From Candidatus Babeliales bacterium (GTDB lineage: Bacteria; Babelota; Babeliae; Babelales; Vermiphilaceae), in assembly GCA_963743635.1 (NCBI GenBank), contig CAVUQO010000002.1, positions 32,001-96,000 of the forward strand: a stretch of DNA of 64,000 nt, in the 5' to 3' direction. The translations under genes and the position numbers were made by a program. The notes under the pieces were generated by a model. That model had not been told where the DNA came from. It did no database searches and saw nothing but the letters and a program-made list of their open reading frames with translations. Shown in pieces: positions 56,550-64,000 of this stretch. Position 1 is the first letter of the stretch, and each line of letters begins with the position of its first letter.

Positions 56550-58892
56550 CTATGGGGTTTGTTGTTTGGGGGCAGCAGGTTTAACTGGTTTTTGCTGCCC
56601 TTGAATGTTGGAGTATTCGATCCATGGGGTATCAGGGCCTGTTTCAAGCCAGATTCGAGTATTTAAAGAGCGCGTTTGAGGATTGAATGAGAGCTTTATC
56701 CCTTTAAGATCATAGTCTTTCAGTGATTCAATATATTTCTTAATATTCGCGTGGGAATAATTTTTGTTGTACACGCCCGTTGTATCCTTTTCTATGTGAT
56801 CGAGGGCGTCAACAAGGATACTGGTGGCTATATATGCCTCAAGTGAAAAAGTATCGTAATCATATTGATTGACATCCATTTGTTCACGATACTCTTGTAC
56901 GATGGGAAGGTTGCTTAAGCGAGGATTGGGTACAATGGCAGTCAATAAAATAGTGATTCCCTGACGTTTTGCGAAATGACGAATGGATTTTTCTCCCAAA
57001 AATGAATCGCTAAAAATAATCATATCGGTTAGATTTGCAGTGCCCAATTGCTGTATGAATTCTCGTGCTGGTATGGGGCTGGCAAAGAATCCGATAGCCT
57101 GAATACCTTCTTGTTTTAGAGCCTCTACTTGTTTCTTAAAATCTAAGGTTCCTGGTAAATAAGGCAAACCCAAGCATTTTGAGATTCCCTTTTTTTGCAG
57201 ATATGCGCGTGAAGTTTCAAAGCTTATGCGTCCGAATTCAGTATCTTGATAGAAGAAAGCAAATTTATTCATCATTTTTTGATTAATAATGTGATCAAGA
57301 AGAACATTTACTTCATCTTCGTAGGATGGACGGTAATTGATCAGGCCGTGCAATTCTGGTTTGAAAAATTCTTCTCCTCCTGTGACTGGAAAGAGGGTAA
57401 GTATTTTATTTTGTTTTATCAAATCAGTATAGGAGTCAAGAGTTAGGGCGCCAATAGGTAATAAAATGACGTCAGCATTATTTTCATTGGTTAGTTCTAT
57501 GACGTTTTTTCGGGCAAGTACAGCGTTATAGTTATCGTTATAAGTGGTGAGAGAAAGATGCAGCGTGGTTAACTCTGTATTACTGGCGTTTGCTTGTTGA
57601 ATGCGTGCGGACATACCGCGCATAACGCATTGACTGATAACGGGAAGTCCACTAATTAATCCTAGGGTGCTACCAATATTAAAATTTTTCTCAAAAGTGT
57701 TTGCACGGGAGAGAATTATACCGGTTAAAAGATTAAATGCTTCATGTTTTTTAAACCCTCGTTGATTTGATATTTGTTGGTTATACAAAACGATGGCGCT
57801 GTCTTGTATAGTTGATCCTACAGTAATAATACCAAATGCATCATAATCAAAACCAAAAAATTTTTGATGAGCCATATTGGGTGATGATAAGATTGACCAA
57901 GCTGTTGTCCCACGATCCTGTTCTAAAAGACCAAGACCAAGTAGGTCACGTGGTTCACCCGAAACGGCGCGCATCTCGTGCATCGAATTTTCAGATTTAA
58001 TAATGACTTCAACTGAGACTTTTTGGCTTGATGCTTTTTTTTGCGTAATGTCATGGTAGGTTAAGGTATCTCTGGGGGGCTTATCCCAAAAAGATCCATA
58101 TGCATCTTCATTGAGTTCGGGAGAATCAAAGCCTTCAGCTGAAATGCGAATGAAGGTATGCGGACTTTTGAGTGTACTGATATAGAATGCAAGAGGAAGT
58201 GTATTAAAAAAAGCATCAATCGATGCATTTAAGGGAATTTCGCCTGTCATGGGTTCGCCTAAGCGGGTTAAAAGTTCTCGTTTGAGTCCGTAATCCAGCC
58301 ATTTATTATTATCTTCACTGAGGCCGCGCACCCAGATCATTTGGTCGGGATTGCGATACAAAAGAGTCATGAGCGTTGTCAGCATTTCTAAGGTATATGC
58401 AGATCGGTTGAGTGTGTCTCCATACACAACGAATAAATAGTCTTTTTTTATGATTTCGAAATTGTTGTTCAGGATGCCCTGCTGCTCGAGCCACGTGAGA
58501 TCGCGCGTGAAAGAATGTAGACATCCTTCAAGATTTCCGCAGATCACAATATGAGTTGGATAGGAGAGCTGCAGCAGTGCAACCTTGCGCCCGGATAAGT
58601 CAGCTTTTTTTCGTTGTTCTATAACCTCCTGGAGTCTTTTTTTGAATAATGCGATATCCCAGAGGGGTTGCGGACTGAGGCCCCACGAGCGAAGGGTTTT
58701 GGTGAGCATATTGGGCTTAAGGCTTGCCTGATATGACGTATAGTCAGGATCATTCCAATCTTCATCATCACTGTGTGGTGCTTCGGTGTGTTGAGCTACA
58801 TAGTTTTGAAGATCACTGAGGGTGTTAAACGGCATAAGCGTTATATTGCAACAAAGGAGGAGTGTAGAAAAAATATATTTTGCATTGAGCAT
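56550..58892 (-). CDS. Fusion of a degenerate PPP-phosphatase domain and a LivJ-type periplasmic binding domain
   Basis: GNLEG/GDTLNRS/RGLSE align with GDTHG/GDCVDRG/RGNHE; IGSTLGL, NDNYN, FFYQDTEFG, SLEAYIA. Confidence 0.8.
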   Translation of the reverse strand: MLNAKYIFSTLLLCCNITLMPFNTLSDLQNYVAQHTEAPHSDDEDWNDPDYTSYQASLKPNMLTKTLRSWGLSPQPLWDIALFKKRLQEVIEQRKKADLSGRKVALLQLSYPTHIVICGNLEGCLHSFTRDLTWLEQQGILNNNFEIIKKDYLFVVYGDTLNRSAYTLEMLTTLMTLLYRNPDQMIWVRGLSEDNNKWLDYGLKRELLTRLGEPMTGEIPLNASIDAFFNTLPLAFYISTLKSPHTFIRISAEGFDSPELNEDAYGSFWDKPPRDTLTYHDITQKKASSQKVSVEVIIKSENSMHEMRAVSGEPRDLLGLGLLEQDRGTTAWSILSSPNMAHQKFFGFDYDAFGIITVGSTIQDSAIVLYNQQISNQRGFKKHEAFNLLTGIILSRANTFEKNFNIGSTLGLISGLPVISQCVMRGMSARIQQANASNTELTTLHLSLTTYNDNYNAVLARKNVIELTNENNADVILLPIGALTLDSYTDLIKQNKILTLFPVTGGEEFFKPELHGLINYRPSYEDEVNVLLDHIINQKMMNKFAFFYQDTEFGRISFETSRAYLQKKGISKCLGLPYLPGTLDFKKQVEALKQEGIQAIGFFASPIPAREFIQQLGTANLTDMIIFSDSFLGEKSIRHFAKRQGITILLTAIVPNPRLSNLPIVQEYREQMDVNQYDYDTFSLEAYIATSILVDALDHIEKDTTGVYNKNYSHANIKKYIESLKDYDLKGIKLSFNPQTRSLNTRIWLETGPDTPWIEYSNIQGQQKPVKPAAPKQQTP

Positions 58893-58909
58893 TAACTATT
58901 CCTTGCATG

Positions 58910-59962
58910 TTACATGAATAAAAAATAAGTACTAAAACTATTAAGTAGAAGGTAAAAAGTAACGAGTAATATGGTTTTTGCGGTGCGACTCATGGTGGTG
59001 AGCTGATATGTGGTGATGATAAAAATAATTAATGCAAGACCAGTTAGAATAAGAATAAGGAAAAAGATGTAATCCGATGTCATGAAATAAGCAACACTAG
59101 GAGATAAATGGTCAATAACAAAACGATAACCCAATAAGCCAGTAACACTTCCGGTAGCATTGCGCAGAGCCGTTGCATCATCAAGCGAAAAACCAAAGAG
59201 AGTTATATAAAAAATCAGCAATAAAGGGAGTAAAATACTCATGACCAAACGGTATCCAATGCCATCATAATCGATGATAAACATGGCTGCCGGATTATAG
59301 ATGTCATCCCGTTTATCATAGGCATCGATTGAAGATTTTATATATCCAGTGCTTGTATCTTGCGCAACTTGATGCCATCCACGCGAGGAGAGATCCGGCT
59401 TGACGATGAAATCTCGTACGCTCGAATCCAAAAGGACTTCTTCGGGAGAAAAATACTTAAGAAGAAAGGTAATGCGCAGTCGGTGATCATCAAAGGGAAA
59501 ATTTTTGTAGTTAAGAGGAGAGGAAAATTTTGCTTTAATGTGAAAAGTGACGAGCATTTGGCCATCTGCGAGCTTAACGTCCGCTGGAGAGCGTTCAATG
59601 ATATCGCCCTGAAGTAGTGAAAATTGTTCTAAATGTTGCATTAAAAGGGCGCCCGTAGGATATCTGAACCAGAGGTAACCGGAAAAGATAAAGAGATTAT
59701 TGGTAATATCAAAAGTATGAAATTGATCGATATAGAGCCCGATCGTAACAAACGTTGCAAATCCGCCTAATTGCCGATATATGGGTGGGGTAACAACAAT
59801 AATGTCAGTGGCGCTAGGTTCAGTTGGCTGAAAAGCCTCAAGGCTTTTATGTATTACATATCCCATCCATACTATGCTGATAATCATACAGAGCATTTGA
59901 AAGTAAACAGGAACTCTGTTGCTTTTAGGCTCTTCATGGCTTAAAGGTGCTGTCTCACTCAT
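58910..59962 (-). CDS. Pentameric ligand-gated ion channel (Pro-loop/Cys-loop superfamily) subunit
   Basis: VTIGLYI..F..FD, GYLWFR, Pro-loop YKNFPFDDH, GW, ILLPL (M1), P...Y...D (M2-M3), 4 C-terminal TM helices. Confidence 0.82.
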   Translation of the reverse strand: MSETAPLSHEEPKSNRVPVYFQMLCMIISIVWMGYVIHKSLEAFQPTEPSATDIIVVTPPIYRQLGGFATFVTIGLYIDQFHTFDITNNLFIFSGYLWFRYPTGALLMQHLEQFSLLQGDIIERSPADVKLADGQMLVTFHIKAKFSSPLNYKNFPFDDHRLRITFLLKYFSPEEVLLDSSVRDFIVKPDLSSRGWHQVAQDTSTGYIKSSIDAYDKRDDIYNPAAMFIIDYDGIGYRLVMSILLPLLLIFYITLFGFSLDDATALRNATGSVTGLLGYRFVIDHLSPSVAYFMTSDYIFFLILILTGLALIIFIITTYQLTTMSRTAKTILLVTFYLLLNSFSTYFLFM

Positions 59963-60153
59963 GATATTTCTCCTTATATAATATTAGGACTACCTTAAAA
60001 AGGTTGGGGGGGCAGAGTCAATGATATCTCAATCAAGGGCCCTATAGACACGATTATTATCGTTCGTTTCGTGTAAAAATTGCTTTTTTTGTAAACTTTT
60101 TTACACTTAGAAATGATCCCTACTTCTATTTCCACGATATGAAAGGTACGCTT

Positions 60154-60720
60154 GTGATAGCAACGTCTGATTTTCGAAAAGGCGCAAAGATTCTTTTTCG
60201 CAATGAACCCTATATAATTGTTGATTTTCAGCATGTAAAGCCTGGTAAGGGTGGCGCATATGTTCGCACCAAGATGCGCAACATGATAACAGGGCTTATT
60301 CTGGAAGAAACCTTCCGATCAGGTGAAAAATTTGACAGTCCAGATTTGGCATACCGCGATATGCTCTTTCTCTATCAAGAGGGAGATTTTTACCACTTCA
60401 TGGATCAAGAGAGCTATGACCAAGTAGCCCTCAGCAAAAAGAATATTGCTGACATTCTTGATTATCTCAAGGAACAAACAGCCTATACAATTCTCTATTT
60501 TGATGAAAAGCCGATTGCAGTGACGGCACCCACCTTTATGGAACTCAAGGTTACTGAAACACCTCCGGGGGTACGTGGTGATACGGCGCAAGGTGGTGGC
60601 TCTAAACCAGCAACCCTTGAAACGGGCTTGGTTATTCAAGTACCATTATTCGTCAATGAGGGAGATATTCTCAAGGTCGATACTCGTGATAACAATTATA
60701 TTGAGCGCGTAAAGAAATAA
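60154..60720 (+). CDS. efp: Elongation factor P
   Basis: HVKPGKGGAYVRTK, PGVRGDT, KPATLETG. Confidence 0.98.
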   Translation: MIATSDFRKGAKILFRNEPYIIVDFQHVKPGKGGAYVRTKMRNMITGLILEETFRSGEKFDSPDLAYRDMLFLYQEGDFYHFMDQESYDQVALSKKNIADILDYLKEQTAYTILYFDEKPIAVTAPTFMELKVTETPPGVRGDTAQGGGSKPATLETGLVIQVPLFVNEGDILKVDTRDNNYIERVKK

Positions 60721-60729
60721 GGTATATCA

Positions 60730-61248
60730 ATGGGACATGACGAAAATCCAGAAATCTGTGGTTTAACGACCACTAACAATAACGACAACGAGCAGTATGA
60801 ACCAGGGCAACTTTCCTATGATGATTTAAAATCACGCGATACGCGTGCGCTTATCTTTCATCTGCTTTACGCAATGGACTGCCTTGATTATACGGTTTCA
60901 CTCGACTCAATTGTAGATAACTTTAATCGTGGGTTTGATTTGCAAATTCCTCGCGACAGCAAAGTATTTGCGATAGCTCAGGCGGTTATAGATAATCGAG
61001 AAGCGCTTGATACTATGATTCATCCGTTACTCGTCAATTGGCGTTTTGAACGCATCGGTGTTTGCACGAAGCTTATTTTACGGTTTGCCCTTTGGGAATT
61101 AACTGAAATTAAGACCGTTCATAGCATCGTAATTAACGAGGCTATTGAATTAGCAAAATGTTTTGCAGAACATGATGCTTATAAATTCGTGAACGGCGTA
61201 CTTGATGAGGCGGTTAAGAAAATGGGACTGCAAGCTCCATCTTTGTAA
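60730..61248 (+). CDS. nusB: Transcription antitermination factor NusB
   Basis: NWRFERI, ILRFALWEL, VINEAIELAKCF, FVNGVLD. Confidence 0.93.
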   Translation: MGHDENPEICGLTTTNNNDNEQYEPGQLSYDDLKSRDTRALIFHLLYAMDCLDYTVSLDSIVDNFNRGFDLQIPRDSKVFAIAQAVIDNREALDTMIHPLLVNWRFERIGVCTKLILRFALWELTEIKTVHSIVINEAIELAKCFAEHDAYKFVNGVLDEAVKKMGLQAPSL

Positions 61249-61298
61249 ATTTTATTGAATTCTCTATCAATATTGGTCTAATGCGAGATATCCATTCC

Positions 61299-61353
61299 CC
61301 GTTCGCCCAGAGGTTTTTTCAACCGTAGGGAGAAAAATAGCGAGTGGGTACGG
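61299..61353 (+). repeat. CCGTTCGCCC-family palindromic repeat, copy left of GIY-YIG gene
   Basis: ccgttcgcccagaggttttttcaaccgtagggagaaaaatagcgagtgggtacgg. Confidence 0.9.
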
Positions 61354-61365
61354 GGATAGATAACT

Positions 61366-61668
61366 ATGCAAGATTTTTATGTTTACATTCTCCTGTGTAG
61401 TGATGGTTCATTTTATATAGGACATACGGATAATATGGAAGTACGATTATCCGCACATGAACAGAAACTGTTTCCTCGTTGCTATACTGCAAAACGGCTA
61501 CCCGTTAAATTAGTATTTGTAGAAGCTGCTGCTAGTCGCTATGAAGCATTAGTGGCGGAAAGACAAATGAAAAACTGGAGCCGCTTAAAAAAACAAGCAC
61601 TCATTGATGGTGATTTAGAATTGCTTAGAAAATTAGCAAAGAGAAGAACGCCTTCTATTAAAACCTAA
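61366..61668 (+). CDS. Stand-alone GIY-YIG nuclease (UPF0213/YhbQ-like)
   Basis: YVYIL.C.DGSFYIGHT, RL..H, YT..RLPV.L, A...E.Q.K.WSR.KK. Confidence 0.92.
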   Translation: MQDFYVYILLCSDGSFYIGHTDNMEVRLSAHEQKLFPRCYTAKRLPVKLVFVEAAASRYEALVAERQMKNWSRLKKQALIDGDLELLRKLAKRRTPSIKT

Positions 61669-61706
61669 TCTCATTTATAAGAAATTATGTGTGCGAACTT
61701 TGGTTT

Positions 61707-61759
61707 GCACCCCTCGCTATTTTTCTCCCTACGGTCGGAAAAAACCTCTGGGCGAACGG
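61707..61759 (-). repeat. Inverted copy of the repeat, right of GIY-YIG gene
   Basis: gcacccctcgctatttttctccctacggtcggaaaaaacctctgggcgaacgg. Confidence 0.9.
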
Positions 61760-61877
61760 TGAGAGGGCTATGTTTTTCAAAGATGGGAGTTGGAAGAAAT
61801 AAGTGAGAATGCATTGTTCTTCGCGTAATGCAAAATATTATCAGATTTCCAAATGTTAAAACACAGGATACCCATTC

Positions 61878-61931
61878 CCGTTCGCCCAGAGGGTTTTTAG
61901 ACCGTAGGGAGAAAAATAGCGAGGGGTACGG
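61878..61931 (+). repeat. Third copy of the repeat
   Basis: ccgttcgcccagagggtttttagaccgtagggagaaaaatagcgaggggtacgg. Confidence 0.9.
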
Positions 61932-61956
61932 GAATAAATCAGCTTGTGATGGTATT

Positions 61957-62778
61957 TTAAATCGAATCGGCTGTATTCAACTCATTACCTTGTTGTCTTC
62001 TAAATAATGCGAGCATATGTTCCTGTATGCTCCGATCCTTTTCAAGCAATGCCTCCCGCTCAACATCGAGCGTGTATCTTGGCTTTGCAACATCAAAAAA
62101 ATCAATTAAGCCCGGAACATGAAATGCAAAAACCGGACTGCATTCATGCTTCATGAGCATGCTATGTAAGTTCGGTATCCAGCGCGCGAGTACCGGATGA
62201 TGAATGCTATAATGATCAGGTTCTTTGCCGTTGATTAATATTCTGATATTCGCAATGCGATCATGGGTAGGATATGTGCGATGACAGTACCCCAAAATTG
62301 GTTGCACGATATCCTTGAATGAAAATAAATTGTAATAATAATCAATTACGTCCATATCGGGCATGTATAGTGTGCGGTCGACCGGCGTTCCAAGGGCATA
62401 GAGTATTTTTATGCGATGATGATTATGTTCTTGTCTGCCCAATTCTTGTGAGGCCACAATCGCGACATTGCTGCCATGACTGTGCGCTACTATATAAAAT
62501 TCTGTGGTTGATGGATAACTGCGTATGAGTTTGGCCAGTGCCTTGCCCGCATTAGCGCGATGCATGGGATCAAGATAGCCAGACCAACTGAAATTGATGG
62601 TGGCGTGCCCCAGGCGTTGCGCATTTTTTTCTAAGGTGTCAAAAAAATCTCCCCCTGGAATATTCCACGAGGATGCTGTTCCCCAGGTGCCGTGCACTAC
62701 AATAAATACACCGCTCATCCTTATCGACGAGTGAGCGAGGAGTGCAAGCGCGCATAAGTAATATTTTTTTATCTTCAT
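61957..62778 (-). CDS. Exported alpha/beta hydrolase-fold protein
   Basis: VVHGTW, FSWSG, VAHSHGSNV, LGTPV, D.VQ. Confidence 0.75.
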   Translation of the reverse strand: MKIKKYYLCALALLAHSSIRMSGVFIVVHGTWGTASSWNIPGGDFFDTLEKNAQRLGHATINFSWSGYLDPMHRANAGKALAKLIRSYPSTTEFYIVAHSHGSNVAIVASQELGRQEHNHHRIKILYALGTPVDRTLYMPDMDVIDYYYNLFSFKDIVQPILGYCHRTYPTHDRIANIRILINGKEPDHYSIHHPVLARWIPNLHSMLMKHECSPVFAFHVPGLIDFFDVAKPRYTLDVEREALLEKDRSIQEHMLALFRRQQGNELNTADSI

Positions 62779-62971
62779 GGGTATAGACATAACGCTCTGT
62801 GTTTGATTTTTACAATATTTAAAAAAAATGGCCTGCATTTTGTGCTTCTGAATATGAATGTTCTCAAGAAAAAGAGGTTTGCTTTGACAATTGAGATGCG
62901 CTACTTTTAATATGTTCAGCGCTGAGTACTACAAGATGGACATTAGAAAAACGGTTAGAGGGAGTTATTCT

Positions 62972-64000
62972 ATGAAAACAGCATTGTTGAGTATGGCGTT
63001 ATTGAGTTATGGCACTTTAATGCAGGCCATGGATCTAACATTGAGTCCATTCATCCGCACTTCGCAGGCATCTCCGCAGTTGAATGGTGGAGCGGGTTCA
63101 GAAATGAATAGCGCAGTATCATCCGGATCAGGGATATCAAAAAAGTCTAAAATTCCATCTCTACAACTCAATGCAAGCTCCAAAGCGTTTTCGTTGGAAG
63201 AAGGAACAGCTGGTGTAGTTGATGAAAAAGCAGAGCAAAAGAAAAGTGCGATAAGTGAGTCGCTTGAGTTGGTACTTGCCGGTGAGAATTATTATTATGG
63301 TAACTCGGGCAAGCAACAGGATTATCTTGTGGCATATGCCCTATTTGATAGAGCCTTGCAGCGATCAGATGATCAACGAGCGGTGGCATGGGGTAACTTC
63401 TATAAAGGCACTATGCTTGCTATGGGCCATGGAGTGTCGCATGATTTTGATGGGGCAAATAACTCGCTTAAAGCGGCAGCGCGGCAAAAAGTTGACGGTC
63501 TTGTAGTATCAAAGGCAGCCTTGGCGCTTGGACGGTTATATGATAATACTGGAACAACAGAGAATGCGCGTGATCATAAATTACTGTCATCAGCCCACTC
63601 ATGTTTCTTGTACGTAATTGCCAACCCACCCGATGATGATGGATTGGCGGAAGCTCATTTTATGGTTGGTATGCAATATGAGCATGGTGATGGTGCATCT
63701 CAGAGCAATCATGATGCGCTTACACATTATCAAAAATCCGCAGCGGTGAGCCAGAGCTTCGGATATTCATCAGCAGCACGCCTTTGTATGTGCGATTTTG
63801 CCTATTCCGGCAAGGTTATACCAAAAAATAACAAATACGCGTTAAGCTTATGCGAGCAGGTTATTAAGCATACACAAGATCCTCTATATAGAATAAAGGC
63901 GAAGTTGCGACGCGGCGTGCTGTACGTTGAAGGCGATTATGGAATAAAGCCCAATATAGATCTTGCGCGTAAGGATTTGACTGAGGTCATACAGCAAGTA
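62972..64000 (+). CDS. Secreted Sel1-like repeat protein (runs off window end)
   Basis: Manual translation MKTALLSMALLSYGTLMQA-MD...; GENYYYG, AHFMVGMQYEHGDGASQSNHDALTHYQKSA. Confidence 0.8.
   Translation, partial: MKTALLSMALLSYGTLMQAMDLTLSPFIRTSQASPQLNGGAGSEMNSAVSSGSGISKKSKIPSLQLNASSKAFSLEEGTAGVVDEKAEQKKSAISESLELVLAGENYYYGNSGKQQDYLVAYALFDRALQRSDDQRAVAWGNFYKGTMLAMGHGVSHDFDGANNSLKAAARQKVDGLVVSKAALALGRLYDNTGTTENARDHKLLSSAHSCFLYVIANPPDDDGLAEAHFMVGMQYEHGDGASQSNHDALTHYQKSAAVSQSFGYSSAARLCMCDFAYSGKVIPKNNKYALSLCEQVIKHTQDPLYRIKAKLRRGVLYVEGDYGIKPNIDLARKDLTEVIQQV

Larger units (their letters stand above)
51926..56554. mobile_element. 4.6-kb island bounded by 28-bp direct repeats (no integrase in window)
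   Basis: atttaagccctttttgagtgattctatg at 51926-51953 and 56527-56554. Confidence 0.7.

Noticed and set aside
63168..63506. ORF-track calls at 63168-63389 and 63255-63506
   Set aside because: They lie within the longer open frame starting at 62972 (Sel1-like protein), which the track missed because it has no stop in the window.

Overview
Bacterial chromosomal window. The small housekeeping core (polA 3' part, rpmA, secF, rho, tsaD, smpB-ssrA, skp, pth, alaS, glyA, efp, nusB) is interspersed with many orphan genes carrying N-terminal signal peptides and eukaryote-like domains. This make-up suggests an intracellular parasite of protists, such as Ca. Babelota (Dependentiae/TM6); that assignment is an inference. 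secF, rho and alaS are broken by many small indels that look like assembly error. Highlights: (1) a 17-kb, 16-gene glycan-modification island in which 15 genes, including an NAD-dependent nucleotide-sugar dehydratase and two PAPS sulfotransferases, have signal-peptide-like N-termini and no polysaccharide exporter is present; (2) a 4.6-kb island bounded by a 28-bp direct repeat, encoding an un-called RHH regulator, a precursor with a ubiquitin-like RLxGG site before a 122-aa hydrophobic peptide, a 2-TM immunity-like protein and a paralog array with a Cys...GxP(T/S)AC motif; (3) a pentameric ligand-gated ion channel co-transcribed with a pseudophosphatase/periplasmic-binding-protein fusion; (4) a GIY-YIG nuclease bracketed by a structured palindromic repeat family also dispersed elsewhere, plus a second REP-like family flanked twice by 56-bp duplications; (5) a recurrent Met at +1 after the predicted signal cleavage site in orphan secreted proteins. 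All calls are from visual reading of the sequence and the ORF track; no searches were run.
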